Source of the DNA: Candidatus Hydrogenedentota bacterium
GTDB taxonomy: Bacteria > Hydrogenedentota > Hydrogenedentia > Hydrogenedentales > SLHB01
Length of the DNA: 64,000 bases
Direction of reading: 5' to 3'
NCBI GenBank assembly: GCA_963745075.1
Contig: CAVUWV010000017.1
Coordinates: 64,001 to 128,000, forward strand
Shown here: piece after piece, positions 31,260-39,336 of the stretch
Position numbering within the stretch: position 1 is the stretch's first letter
How the letters are laid out: each line of letters begins with the position of its first letter
Notes under the pieces: generated by a model
The model's input: only the letters and a program-made list of their open reading frames with translations
Databases searched by the model: none
What the model was told of the DNA's origin: nothing
Translations under genes and position numbers: made by a program

Positions 31260-32443
31260 GCCACTGCCTCCTTTGCTTCCAGACGCCGGCTCTCGCGACG
31301 CAAGTACTTGCTCAATTTCAAACCGAAATGCACCAGCAGACCGAACGTGATGATGATGCAGGAATACAGCGGAATTCGATCCGCCGGATTCTTAACCACC
31401 GCCAGCGTAGAGCGAACGGGGATCCCCCGCGACGGATCGGCCGGCTGCCACGAAGCCTGATAGAACGTATACCCCCCGTGACGCAACGGCTCGTTCATGG
31501 TGATCTTGATGCTCTGATCGACGCCGTTCTCCGTCTTGGTAACGTCACTCATGAAGGTCTTGGCCATCTGCGTGCCGGGGTGCAGTTCGTGCGTGAACTT
31601 GTCCAGCGTGATGGCGAATGGCAAGGGGTATCGTTTCTTATGCAAGTCTACCGCCCATCGTGTTCCGTTTACGTCAAACGTTGCCGGGTACTGCTGGAAT
31701 CCCCACAGAATGGCCTCCTGCGTCGTTCCGGTATTCTTGTCCGTTACGGTCGCGTACGCGCCGGCCGCGTTTCGCTCCGCTTCCTTTTCCAAGGGCTGAT
31801 CCTGCAGAAAGTATCCATCTACCGTGCGCACTTGGTCTGCGATGACCGGACCCGTCGGCAAGGGCTGGGAATTCCGTTGGAAGCCGTCCAGGGTGAAGTT
31901 GAATGGTAATTGGTCGTTCCGGAATGTGACCGACTGGTCCGGCTTCAAGGACGCAAAATCTTCATCCGGGATCACGTATGCCGTTGTCGCGCCGGCGCCG
32001 TCCAGCGGGGTCAGGGTGATCTCCCAGAGATAGTAACTCTCGAATTCGTTCCGGGTGTCGTTCTCCGCGAGCGTCATATGGCCGTCCACGGCAAACCAAT
32101 ACTTGATGCCTCCCCCGAGGATCATAAGCACCATGCCCCCGTGGATAATCAGATTCCCAAACGTATTCTTCCCTTTCCGCATCCGGATGATGCCTCCCAG
32201 CACCAGGTTGATGCAGAACAACACCAAGAGCAGGTACACACCCGGCAAGGGCACTGGGATTCGGTCGAATGCCCAGTACACGGTGAAGAGTGAATCAAAG
32301 TATTTTCGCTGGACTTCGAAGAGTCCCTGGCTCGTTTGTTCGATGGTGCCCAGGAAGGTGATGAGAAGCATGAATAAAAATATCACGCACGCAAACCCGT
32401 AGGATGCGAGAAAATCTACCGTCAGTTTCAAAACTTTGGTCAT
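31256..32443 (-). CDS. resB: Cytochrome c biogenesis ResB/CcsB-like protein
   Basis: TM helices with LIIHGG, ITMNEPLRHGGYTFYQAS; overlaps ccsA. Confidence 0.85.
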   Translation of the reverse strand: MTKVLKLTVDFLASYGFACVIFLFMLLITFLGTIEQTSQGLFEVQRKYFDSLFTVYWAFDRIPVPLPGVYLLLVLFCINLVLGGIIRMRKGKNTFGNLIIHGGMVLMILGGGIKYWFAVDGHMTLAENDTRNEFESYYLWEITLTPLDGAGATTAYVIPDEDFASLKPDQSVTFRNDQLPFNFTLDGFQRNSQPLPTGPVIADQVRTVDGYFLQDQPLEKEAERNAAGAYATVTDKNTGTTQEAILWGFQQYPATFDVNGTRWAVDLHKKRYPLPFAITLDKFTHELHPGTQMAKTFMSDVTKTENGVDQSIKITMNEPLRHGGYTFYQASWQPADPSRGIPVRSTLAVVKNPADRIPLYSCIIITFGLLVHFGLKLSKYLRRESRRLEAKEAVA

Positions 32444-32471
32444 GTCAACGTGTGCCCGCTCTTTAATCCGC

Positions 32472-33593
32472 TCAGTGTTCGATTGATTGGCAGAAAGCCA
32501 GGAATTGGGCCTTCTGCCGTGCCACGTCGTTCGAGGGGCCGACCAGTTTTATGAAAATCGCGTGACCCGCATGTTGCGCCACTACGCCCAACAAAGTTGC
32601 ATCGTCCACGTGATTGCCACTCATGGTGTCGTTAAAGGCGCCGGTGAACTCCACCACCGGAGCTTTCGCGCCCAGAACATCGACCACTGGAAGGTCCGCC
32701 ACGGCCGCCTCCGTTAGCGGCTCCGCGCCGATTTGACGTGCCCAACGATTGATGTTGGACACGAGGCCGCCGCCATCGCCCGCGAGTACGCTGACGTAAC
32801 ATTCGGTCGCGTCGTTAGCACCCATGGTAAAGGTCACCGCGCGCATCGGCCGGTCCGGCCCCTGCTTCCATCCGTCCGGCGCGGTCCAGTGAAGCCCCAG
32901 TCCATCCGAGGAATTGCCGCCTCCCGAACCGGACATCGCGGGCGGAGGCGCCGCCGCCGAACGACGGATGGTCAGCGACGAGCAAAAATCGGTGAAATGC
33001 GCCATTTCCCGGTCTACAACATCCTTGGGCCCGAGGAGTTTTACAAAAAGGCCTTGATCGTTCAGGGGAAGTATCAGCCCGGCGAGCTTGTATCCGGGCT
33101 CGTTCCGATCTCCTCGCATGCCTTTGTACATCCCCTCGAATTCCACGTAGATCGCCTCCTGGCCGAGCAATGGTCTTTTGGGGAGTGACGTAAGTTCCTC
33201 TGGTGAATAGGGTTCCAGGGACATCTGCTTCCGCCAGCGGTTGACGTTGGCCGCGATACCGCCACCGCCTCCGGGCAAGACCGTCAAATAACATTCCGCC
33301 CGGTTGTCGCCAGCCGGCACCAGATTGACCAAGCGCATGGAATTGGCCGGCGCCTCAATCCATCCTTGAGGAACATCCCAGGTGAAGGGAAGTTGGCTCT
33401 CACTGGGAGCGGGATTGGCGGCCATCCTCACGCCGAACCGCTGCGCGCTGGTTAGACCCGCCGGAATTGGGGCCGTGTGGTCAGCGGTTCTGGTTTCCGT
33501 GATTTCTTGAACGGTCGCGTCTTGGCCGCAGGCTACCACGAAAATGGGCAGCGCAAGCACGAGAAAGGGGCACAGAAAACGAGCAGATTTCAT
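32472..33593 (-). CDS. Hypothetical lipoprotein with an internally duplicated domain
   Basis: Lipobox VVA-C. Two copies of W-x-x-P-x-GW...MR...ECY..VL.G.GGG...N.NRW..Q...F.KL.GP...FC.S. Confidence 0.75.
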   Translation of the reverse strand: MKSARFLCPFLVLALPIFVVACGQDATVQEITETRTADHTAPIPAGLTSAQRFGVRMAANPAPSESQLPFTWDVPQGWIEAPANSMRLVNLVPAGDNRAECYLTVLPGGGGGIAANVNRWRKQMSLEPYSPEELTSLPKRPLLGQEAIYVEFEGMYKGMRGDRNEPGYKLAGLILPLNDQGLFVKLLGPKDVVDREMAHFTDFCSSLTIRRSAAAPPPAMSGSGGGNSSDGLGLHWTAPDGWKQGPDRPMRAVTFTMGANDATECYVSVLAGDGGGLVSNINRWARQIGAEPLTEAAVADLPVVDVLGAKAPVVEFTGAFNDTMSGNHVDDATLLGVVAQHAGHAIFIKLVGPSNDVARQKAQFLAFCQSIEH

Positions 33594-33764
33594 GACAACC
33601 TTGCCGCGCCGGAGCCGGCGCAGTCTTTGTAACTCCAGGTAGATTCAATAGGTTATGATGCCGGGGCCCGCGAAGTCAAAACAGACACCACCCCCTAATG
33701 AACACAAAAGGCAGGTTGGGGAATTCCGCGCCGGCGGTCTGAATCGTTCGGTACGACCCAGATG

Positions 33765-34922
33765 CTAAACCACTGCGGCGTCCGGCTGCGGAATGCGCTT
33801 GAGCGCGTGCCGAGACAATGCGCCCCGCCACCGTTGCGCCCGCGCATAGTTCAGAAGCTTGCTGTACAACTCGGGGCCCAATTTGGGAAAGGGTACCGCC
33901 GTATCAGTAGCCCGCACCGTGTTGGTTCGGTCGAAAATAGGCTGGTGCTGCAGGTACACCCGGTAGTGTTGGAAGGCGGAATGGGCGATACCTTCAAGGG
34001 TGGACGGCGTACCGTCCAATTCCGGCACAACTTCGAACTCGATGTTGCTTTCCCGGATGATCTCGTTGACCCACTCTTTGAGTCGGCCAACCGTATCCGG
34101 GTAGGGGTTTGTCAAGTGGTACGTCAGGCAGCGGTCGCCTTCCGTTTCGATTATGTGCCACAGCGCCCGCGCGGTCCAATCCACCGGCACCAGGTTCGTC
34201 GTGGCGTCCGCATTGCCTTCAAGGCGGATTCGATGGTGTCCGTTCGGCTTCCGGGACGAGGCCATGTCGACCAAACGCAGGAATCCATAGAAATTCTGGA
34301 AATCGCAAATCTTTCCGTGGTCGGTCGCTCCGACGATAATCGAAGGACGGAAAATGGCGCCGTACGTTCGGCCATCCGCGAACGCGTCGCGCACCAGCCG
34401 TTCCGAGACGCACTTGGTGCGTTCGTAGGTGTTATTGAAATCCTGTCCGCTCTCAAGTTCGTATTCCATCGCCGGGCCGCGAAGGTTTCCAGCCACGTAG
34501 GCGGTGCTGACATGGTAAAACGCCAAATCGCTTTCAGCAACGAAATCGAGGACGTTCTGCACCCCCGCTACATTCGTCTGCCAGAGGCTCTCATCGTCCT
34601 TGGGGTTGAAGCTCGTGGATGCCGCGCAGTGAATGAACGCGCCGGCCGATTCCCGCAAGCGCTTGGAGTCCTCGTTGTCCAGGCCAAGATTGGGTTCACA
34701 GGCGTCTCCGTGAATAATCTCGACCATGCCTCGAAGCTGCTGTTTACCAAGCAGACGCAGTACCGCATCCAACCGGGTCTCGGCGTGGTGGCGATCCACG
34801 TCACGCATAAGAACCGCCGGACAATGGCCCCGTTCCAGGGCCTCGTTGAGGATCCAACTCCCCAGGATTCCGGTGGCGCCGGTGATAGCGATAGACGGAC
34901 GACGAATGGGACTGGCTTTCAC
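33765..34922 (-). CDS. Extended SDR oxidoreductase (fatty-acyl/thioester reductase-like, NAD_binding_4)
   Basis: ITGATGILG, IHCAA, HVSTAYV, YERTK and RPSIIVG. Confidence 0.85.
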   Translation of the reverse strand: MKASPIRRPSIAITGATGILGSWILNEALERGHCPAVLMRDVDRHHAETRLDAVLRLLGKQQLRGMVEIIHGDACEPNLGLDNEDSKRLRESAGAFIHCAASTSFNPKDDESLWQTNVAGVQNVLDFVAESDLAFYHVSTAYVAGNLRGPAMEYELESGQDFNNTYERTKCVSERLVRDAFADGRTYGAIFRPSIIVGATDHGKICDFQNFYGFLRLVDMASSRKPNGHHRIRLEGNADATTNLVPVDWTARALWHIIETEGDRCLTYHLTNPYPDTVGRLKEWVNEIIRESNIEFEVVPELDGTPSTLEGIAHSAFQHYRVYLQHQPIFDRTNTVRATDTAVPFPKLGPELYSKLLNYARAQRWRGALSRHALKRIPQPDAAVV

Positions 34923-35289
34923 GTTGATTCCTTCAGTTCCTCGGCTTCAGGTGCCCCCAAATTGGCGGGTAGTGAGACGACTGGGTGATTATACCTTTTG
35001 ATCGCTGTCAAACACTACCTCTCGAACGCCCCATCATTACACGCGGGCCCTTCGTAAGTCCCCACAATTCCCCATGGTACGCGGTGAAGGCCAAACACCG
35101 GGAATATTAGGATACTCTATCTGCTTGCACAAAGCGTATCGGGGAATCCCCTTATACACGAATCTTCGGCGCCATTTGCAGTGGATACCGGCGCCGATAC
35201 AACCCTGGCCCGCGTCTTGTCGGAATCACGTGGTCCAAAACGCCTGCCAATCCTTTGACGTGTGGCTGTTCCGTTTGGTTTCAATGCGG

Positions 35290-36297
35290 TTATTTGGTTT
35301 CGCGGCCCGCGTATTGCCGTTTGTAGTATTCGAGGAACTCACCGGTCTTGATTTTCCGCCACCACCACTCGTTGTCCTGGTACCACTTCACCGTCAACGC
35401 GATGCCCTCGTCCCAGTTCATAACCGGCTTCCAGCCAAGTGCCTTAAGTTTCGAGGAATCGATCGAATACCGACGGTCGTGGCCGGGCCGGTCTGTGATA
35501 GGTTGAATCAACGACTCGTCCTTGCCGACGCACTCCAGTATTTTCCGGGTTAATACGATGTTTTCCCGTTCGTTTTCCCCCGCGATATTATACACCTCGC
35601 CGGGGGCACCGTGCCGCAACGCGTGGTCCACGCCGCGGCAATGGTCTTCGACGAACAACCAGTCGCGCACGTTCTTGCCGTCGCCATAAAGCGGCAAAGG
35701 TTCGCTATCGATGGCGTTCGTGACAAACAAGGGCAGCACCTTTTCCGGGTATTGATACGGGCCGTAGGTATTCGAACCCCGCGTAATCGTCACGGGAACG
35801 CCAAAGGTGTGGAAATAGGAAAGGCCCAGCAGTTCACCGCCCGCCTTGCTCGCCGAGTACGGATTGCGCGGCCCCACCGGGTCGGTTTCCTTGAACGATC
35901 CTTTTTCGATGCTGCCGTAGACTTCATCCGTCGAGACGAGCAGCACGCGCTTCGTGCCTTGCGCCTTGGCGGCTTCGAGGATGTTGTGGACTCCCCGCAC
36001 GTTGGTCGCGATGAAGTCGGACGCTTCAATGATGCTGCGGTCCACGTGACTGTCCGCCGCGAAATTTACGACCGCATCGCACCCTTCCATGGCTTGGGCC
36101 ATGGTTTCGGCGTCCGCGATGTCCGCCTGCACGAACGTGTGCCGCGACGCATCGAGGTCTCTGAGATTGTCGAGATTGCCGGCGTACGTGAGCTTATCCA
36201 CGTTCACCACATGCACCTCGGGATAGGTCTTCAAGGTGTGGCGCACGAAATTAGATCCGATGAATCCCGCGCCTCCGGTGACGACAATTCGTTTCAT
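35290..36297 (-). CDS. rfbB: dTDP-glucose 4,6-dehydratase
   Basis: TGGAGFIGSN, DKLTYAGN, SHVDRS, STDEVYG, YSASK and DRPGHDRRY. Confidence 0.97.
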   Translation of the reverse strand: MKRIVVTGGAGFIGSNFVRHTLKTYPEVHVVNVDKLTYAGNLDNLRDLDASRHTFVQADIADAETMAQAMEGCDAVVNFAADSHVDRSIIEASDFIATNVRGVHNILEAAKAQGTKRVLLVSTDEVYGSIEKGSFKETDPVGPRNPYSASKAGGELLGLSYFHTFGVPVTITRGSNTYGPYQYPEKVLPLFVTNAIDSEPLPLYGDGKNVRDWLFVEDHCRGVDHALRHGAPGEVYNIAGENERENIVLTRKILECVGKDESLIQPITDRPGHDRRYSIDSSKLKALGWKPVMNWDEGIALTVKWYQDNEWWWRKIKTGEFLEYYKRQYAGRETK

Positions 36298-37142
36298 TCA
36301 CGAGTCTCCCGTTTCTGCATGTAGCGCTGCAGCGCGTCGGTCCAATGCGGCATAGTAAAACCGCAGGCCGCCACGAGTCGCGCATTCGACAATACGGAGT
36401 AGGCCGGTCGCGGCGCTTTCGAGGGATACTCCGTAGCCGCGCACGGCTCCACCGGTGTCGAGACGCCGGCGGTTTTCAAGATTGCCTGCGCAAATTCAAA
36501 ACGTGAACAAGTCCCCTCGTTCACGGCGTGGTACGTTCCGTACGCCGCGGTACGCGCCAGCGCGCGTGTCGCTTCGGCCAGATCCCGCGTGTAGGTCGGC
36601 GAGCCCACTTCGTCACTCACCACGCGGAGCGACGGCCGCTTCGACGCGGCCGCGAGGATTTTCTCCACAAAATTGTTTCCACCGATTCCGTACAACCACG
36701 CGGTCCGCACGATGAAGTGCCGTTCCCACGATCCCCGCGTCGCCGCTTCACCCGCCGCCTTGCTCTCCGCATAAACGCCGTGCGGCGAAATGGGATCGCC
36801 GGCTTCGTACGGTGTCGTCTTTGTGCCGTCGAACACAAAGTCCGTGCTGAAGTACACCACCGGCACTTCCCGCGCGGCTGCCATCTGCGCCACGTTGCGC
36901 GCGCCGCGTTCGTTCACGGCATACGCCGCGTCACGGTCCGACTCGGCGCGTTCCACATCCGTGTACGCAGCCGCATTGATGATGATTTCCGGTCGCGCGC
37001 GCTCGACTGCCGCGCGCAGCGCCGTTGCATCGGTGATATCGAGTTCAGCGTAGGTCAGACCCGTCGTCGGTCCGGCTGTGGCGAATACGTCGATGAGCAC
37101 GTGACCTAACTGACCATCCGCGCCGACTATCAGTGTTTGCAT
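36294..37142 (-). CDS. rfbD: dTDP-4-dehydrorhamnose reductase
   Basis: GADGQLG, NAAAYTDV, STDFVFDG, YAESK, RTAWLY and RPAYS. Confidence 0.96.
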   Translation of the reverse strand: MQTLIVGADGQLGHVLIDVFATAGPTTGLTYAELDITDATALRAAVERARPEIIINAAAYTDVERAESDRDAAYAVNERGARNVAQMAAAREVPVVYFSTDFVFDGTKTTPYEAGDPISPHGVYAESKAAGEAATRGSWERHFIVRTAWLYGIGGNNFVEKILAAASKRPSLRVVSDEVGSPTYTRDLAEATRALARTAAYGTYHAVNEGTCSRFEFAQAILKTAGVSTPVEPCAATEYPSKAPRPAYSVLSNARLVAACGFTMPHWTDALQRYMQKRETRE

Positions 37143-37246
37143 GAGATCCCCTTGAGCGGTCGGGATTGTAGCAAGACGGGGAGTGCAAAAGAAATCTCCC
37201 GCATCGCAGTTTTCGCACCGGCAATCCGGCTATCTTGTGCGGAAGC

Positions 37247-37273
37247 TCAAGTTTTTGAGTGTTTCGCCGATAC
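37247..37273 (+). promoter_or_regulatory. Sigma28 (FliA)-type promoter 1
   Basis: TCAAGTTT...GCCGATAC with TCAA-N15-GCCGATAC spacing. Confidence 0.75.
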
Positions 37274-37279
37274 ATGTAG

Positions 37280-37558
37280 TACAACGCCGAGGCACGGAGG
37301 CCGAGGCAGAATCAGACACGGATGTCGCAAGAGTTGAATGTGGGGTTGGGTAGGCCAATCCTCCCAACCGTCAGCAAAACGGCGTGATGCATGTCCCTGC
37401 ATCCCGTCTTTGCATAGAATGCCCGGTGACCATCCCTACACCGGGTAATCGCAGTGTAGGTGGGTGCTCATCCCTGCACCATACCTGAAAAAGTGACCAT
37501 AGTTTTACCCTCCATGAGTGGCGCCACAATCCCATAGTTGTGGCGTCCTTCCTTTTTT
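37280..37558 (+). ncRNA. Candidate sigma28-dependent structured sRNA, copy 1 (~280 nt; ends approximate)
   Basis: Lies between a sigma28 promoter and an intrinsic terminator with no credible ORF. Has two ACGGA-loop hairpins and five hairpins with C-rich loops, and is homologous to copy 2. Confidence 0.6.
37520..37558 (+). terminator. Intrinsic terminator closing sRNA copy 1
   Basis: Stem GGCGCCACAA/TTGTGGCGTC (G-U wobble only on the + strand), followed by CTTCCTTTTTT. Confidence 0.65.
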
Positions 37559-37600
37559 CTCTTGCCGCGCCAGTCCGAAATCTTTCATCAAATTTGCCGC

Positions 37601-37627
37601 TAAAGTTCCCCGCCCTTCCGCCGATAA
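37601..37627 (+). promoter_or_regulatory. Sigma28 (FliA)-type promoter 2
   Basis: TAAA-N15-GCCGATAA, an exact match to the canonical sigma28 consensus. Confidence 0.85.
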
Positions 37628-37633
37628 AAGTAC

Positions 37634-37825
37634 TGCACGGACCGAGACACGGAGGTCGAGGTCACCTGACACGGATGTCACCCATTTTAATAGGTCTGAG
37701 GACGACGCCGGCGAAAGCCGCACGGGGCGACCAATCCCATCGCCCGCTACGTGACGCGTCCGAAAGGTCTAACCCTCTGTAGAGTGCGCTATGGCACTGC
37801 GTGGCATAGCGCATTTCTCCTTTTT
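37634..37825 (+). ncRNA. Candidate sigma28-dependent structured sRNA, copy 2 (~190 nt; ends approximate)
   Basis: Three ACGGA motifs (two in hairpins), a GAAA-tetraloop hairpin, a CCAATCCCA-loop hairpin and a terminator; homologous to copy 1. Confidence 0.6.
37784..37825 (+). terminator. Intrinsic terminator closing sRNA copy 2
   Basis: Stem TGCGCTATG/CATAGCGCA followed by TTTCTCCTTTTT. Confidence 0.65.
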
Positions 37826-37852
37826 CCCCGCATCATGCCAGTCTTCCTTCGC

Positions 37853-37876
37853 TAATCGTAATCGTAATCGTAATTG
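37853..37876. repeat. Hexanucleotide tandem repeat (TAATCG)x3 plus TAATTG
   Basis: Read directly from the sequence, just beyond the truA stop codon. Confidence 0.85.
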
Positions 37877-37883
37877 GCCCGCC

Positions 37884-38651
37884 TCAATACTCCACCGCCA
37901 TCAAGGTCAGCCCCCGTGCAGGCGCTGTAAAGCCGTGATACGGTCCTGGCGATCCCAACAACGCGTCGATACGCGACTCCGGCAGGTGGCCGCGTGCCAC
38001 CTCCACCAAGGTCCCCGTGATGTTACGGACCATTTTGTAGAGGAACCCGTTCCCGTGGAATTCCAACCGCCACAGGTTTTCCACGTCCGGGGTTTGAATC
38101 ATGCCGCCTTTCGCCAATCGCAGCGAATACAGGGTGCGGACGGTGGAATGCTTCGGGCTGGCATTGCTTCCCTCGAAACTCGCGAAATCATGTTCACCCT
38201 CGAACTTCGTGCACAGATTACCCAACCGCTCGAGATTCAAATCGCGGGGGGCGTGCCACGCAAAGTCCGCACAAAAAGGATCCGGTTCCCGATTCAGATC
38301 GAGCGCGTACCAGTATCGCTTGGCACGGGCGGATTTACGGGCGTGAAATCCCTCCGGCGCCGGCGTAATCGATTCGAAACGAATCTCCGGACCCAGCATT
38401 TGCGACAGGGACCGCCGCAGCCGCTTCGGATCCACGTGATCCGGCAGGGTGAACGAACACACTTGCCCCAAGGCGTGGACTCCGGCATCGGTGCGGCTCG
38501 CGCCGTGGACGGGCACCGGTTCGCCCACAATCCGCTCGACGGCGGCCAGGATCTCGCCCTGCACCGTCCGTTCCGTGGGCTGAACCTGCCATCCGGCAAA
38601 ATTGGAGCCCACGTAGCGCACAACGGCTTTGTAGTTCCGAGTCTCCGGCAT
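37884..38651 (-). CDS. truA: tRNA pseudouridine(38-40) synthase
   Basis: GWQVQ, ASRTDAGVHALGQ, GEHDFASF, GFLYKMVR and TAPARGL. Confidence 0.97.
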   Translation of the reverse strand: MPETRNYKAVVRYVGSNFAGWQVQPTERTVQGEILAAVERIVGEPVPVHGASRTDAGVHALGQVCSFTLPDHVDPKRLRRSLSQMLGPEIRFESITPAPEGFHARKSARAKRYWYALDLNREPDPFCADFAWHAPRDLNLERLGNLCTKFEGEHDFASFEGSNASPKHSTVRTLYSLRLAKGGMIQTPDVENLWRLEFHGNGFLYKMVRNITGTLVEVARGHLPESRIDALLGSPGPYHGFTAPARGLTLMAVEY

Positions 38652-38840
38652 GTCGCGCAGCGATGCCGCACCCTCCTCGTGATTGGTTTCCGGCGCTCAC
38701 GGAGTAGCAGGAACCGCGCGCCATGTCAACTTAAATGTATCGAGAGGCGTATCTTAGACGATCCCTGTGGTTTGACAGGGTCCGTTGCCGTGGGATACGC
38801 TGTGGCCATACGAATGTATCGACGCTGGGAGATAACGGGA

Positions 38841-39323
38841 ATGAGACATCCAGGTGCCGTGCTGCTGTGCGTGCTGGTGGCGGGAACGATGATGGGCTGC
38901 AATACCCTTGGGCGGCAACCGAGACTTGAAAATGCCACCATTGCGCCGGCGAGCCTGATGCCCGAACAGAGCGCCGTCATTACGGTGAAAGTTGTCGATA
39001 AACGCCACATCGTCGACCGGGTTGTGGGCGTCGTGCTGGAAGACCCGCGTATGAAGTTCCCCTTGCGTGACGACGGTGTCGCGCCCGATGAAAAGGCCGA
39101 CGATCATATCTGGTCGCTTCAGGTTGACGTTCCCTTCGGAGCGCCGCCCGGACAATTCACGCTGGAACTGACGGCCTTCAACGCCAAAGGTGATGCCATC
39201 ACCGTTCGGAAGTCCAAGAGTGAAGAAGGACCTCTGACGGCCACCTGCACGCTCGTCATCGAGTACCCGCCCGAGTCGGCCGACAACGCCGAGTCTCCCG
39301 AAACCGCCCCCTCCGGAGGGTAA
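38841..39323 (+). CDS. Lipoprotein with a choice-of-anchor-X-like Ca-binding motif
   Basis: Lipobox MMG-C; LRDDGVAPDEKADDHIWS motif. Confidence 0.7.
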   Translation: MRHPGAVLLCVLVAGTMMGCNTLGRQPRLENATIAPASLMPEQSAVITVKVVDKRHIVDRVVGVVLEDPRMKFPLRDDGVAPDEKADDHIWSLQVDVPFGAPPGQFTLELTAFNAKGDAITVRKSKSEEGPLTATCTLVIEYPPESADNAESPETAPSGG

Positions 39324-39336
39324 GGGATTCCTCGAA

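Noticed and set aside
35193..35200. Isolated GCCGATAC (and GCCGATAT at 41729-41736 on the minus strand) as further sigma28 promoters
   Set aside because: No TAAA/TCAA element at the 15-nt spacing.
37435..37486. GTAG-type REP interpretation of TGTAGG-flanked hairpins
   Set aside because: The stems are unrelated in sequence and share only their loops, so a structured RNA explains them better.
37696..37732. Possible hammerhead ribozyme core (CTGAGGA...GAAA)
   Set aside because: Stem II cannot close and there is no UH cleavage site after stem III; GAAA is better explained as the tetraloop of CGGC-GAAA-GCCG.
37322..37782. Short ORFs starting at the ATG inside GACACGGATGTC (21 aa and 35 aa), and track ORFs in this gap
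   Set aside because: No properly spaced RBS, no protein similarity between the two copies, and conservation follows RNA structure rather than codons.
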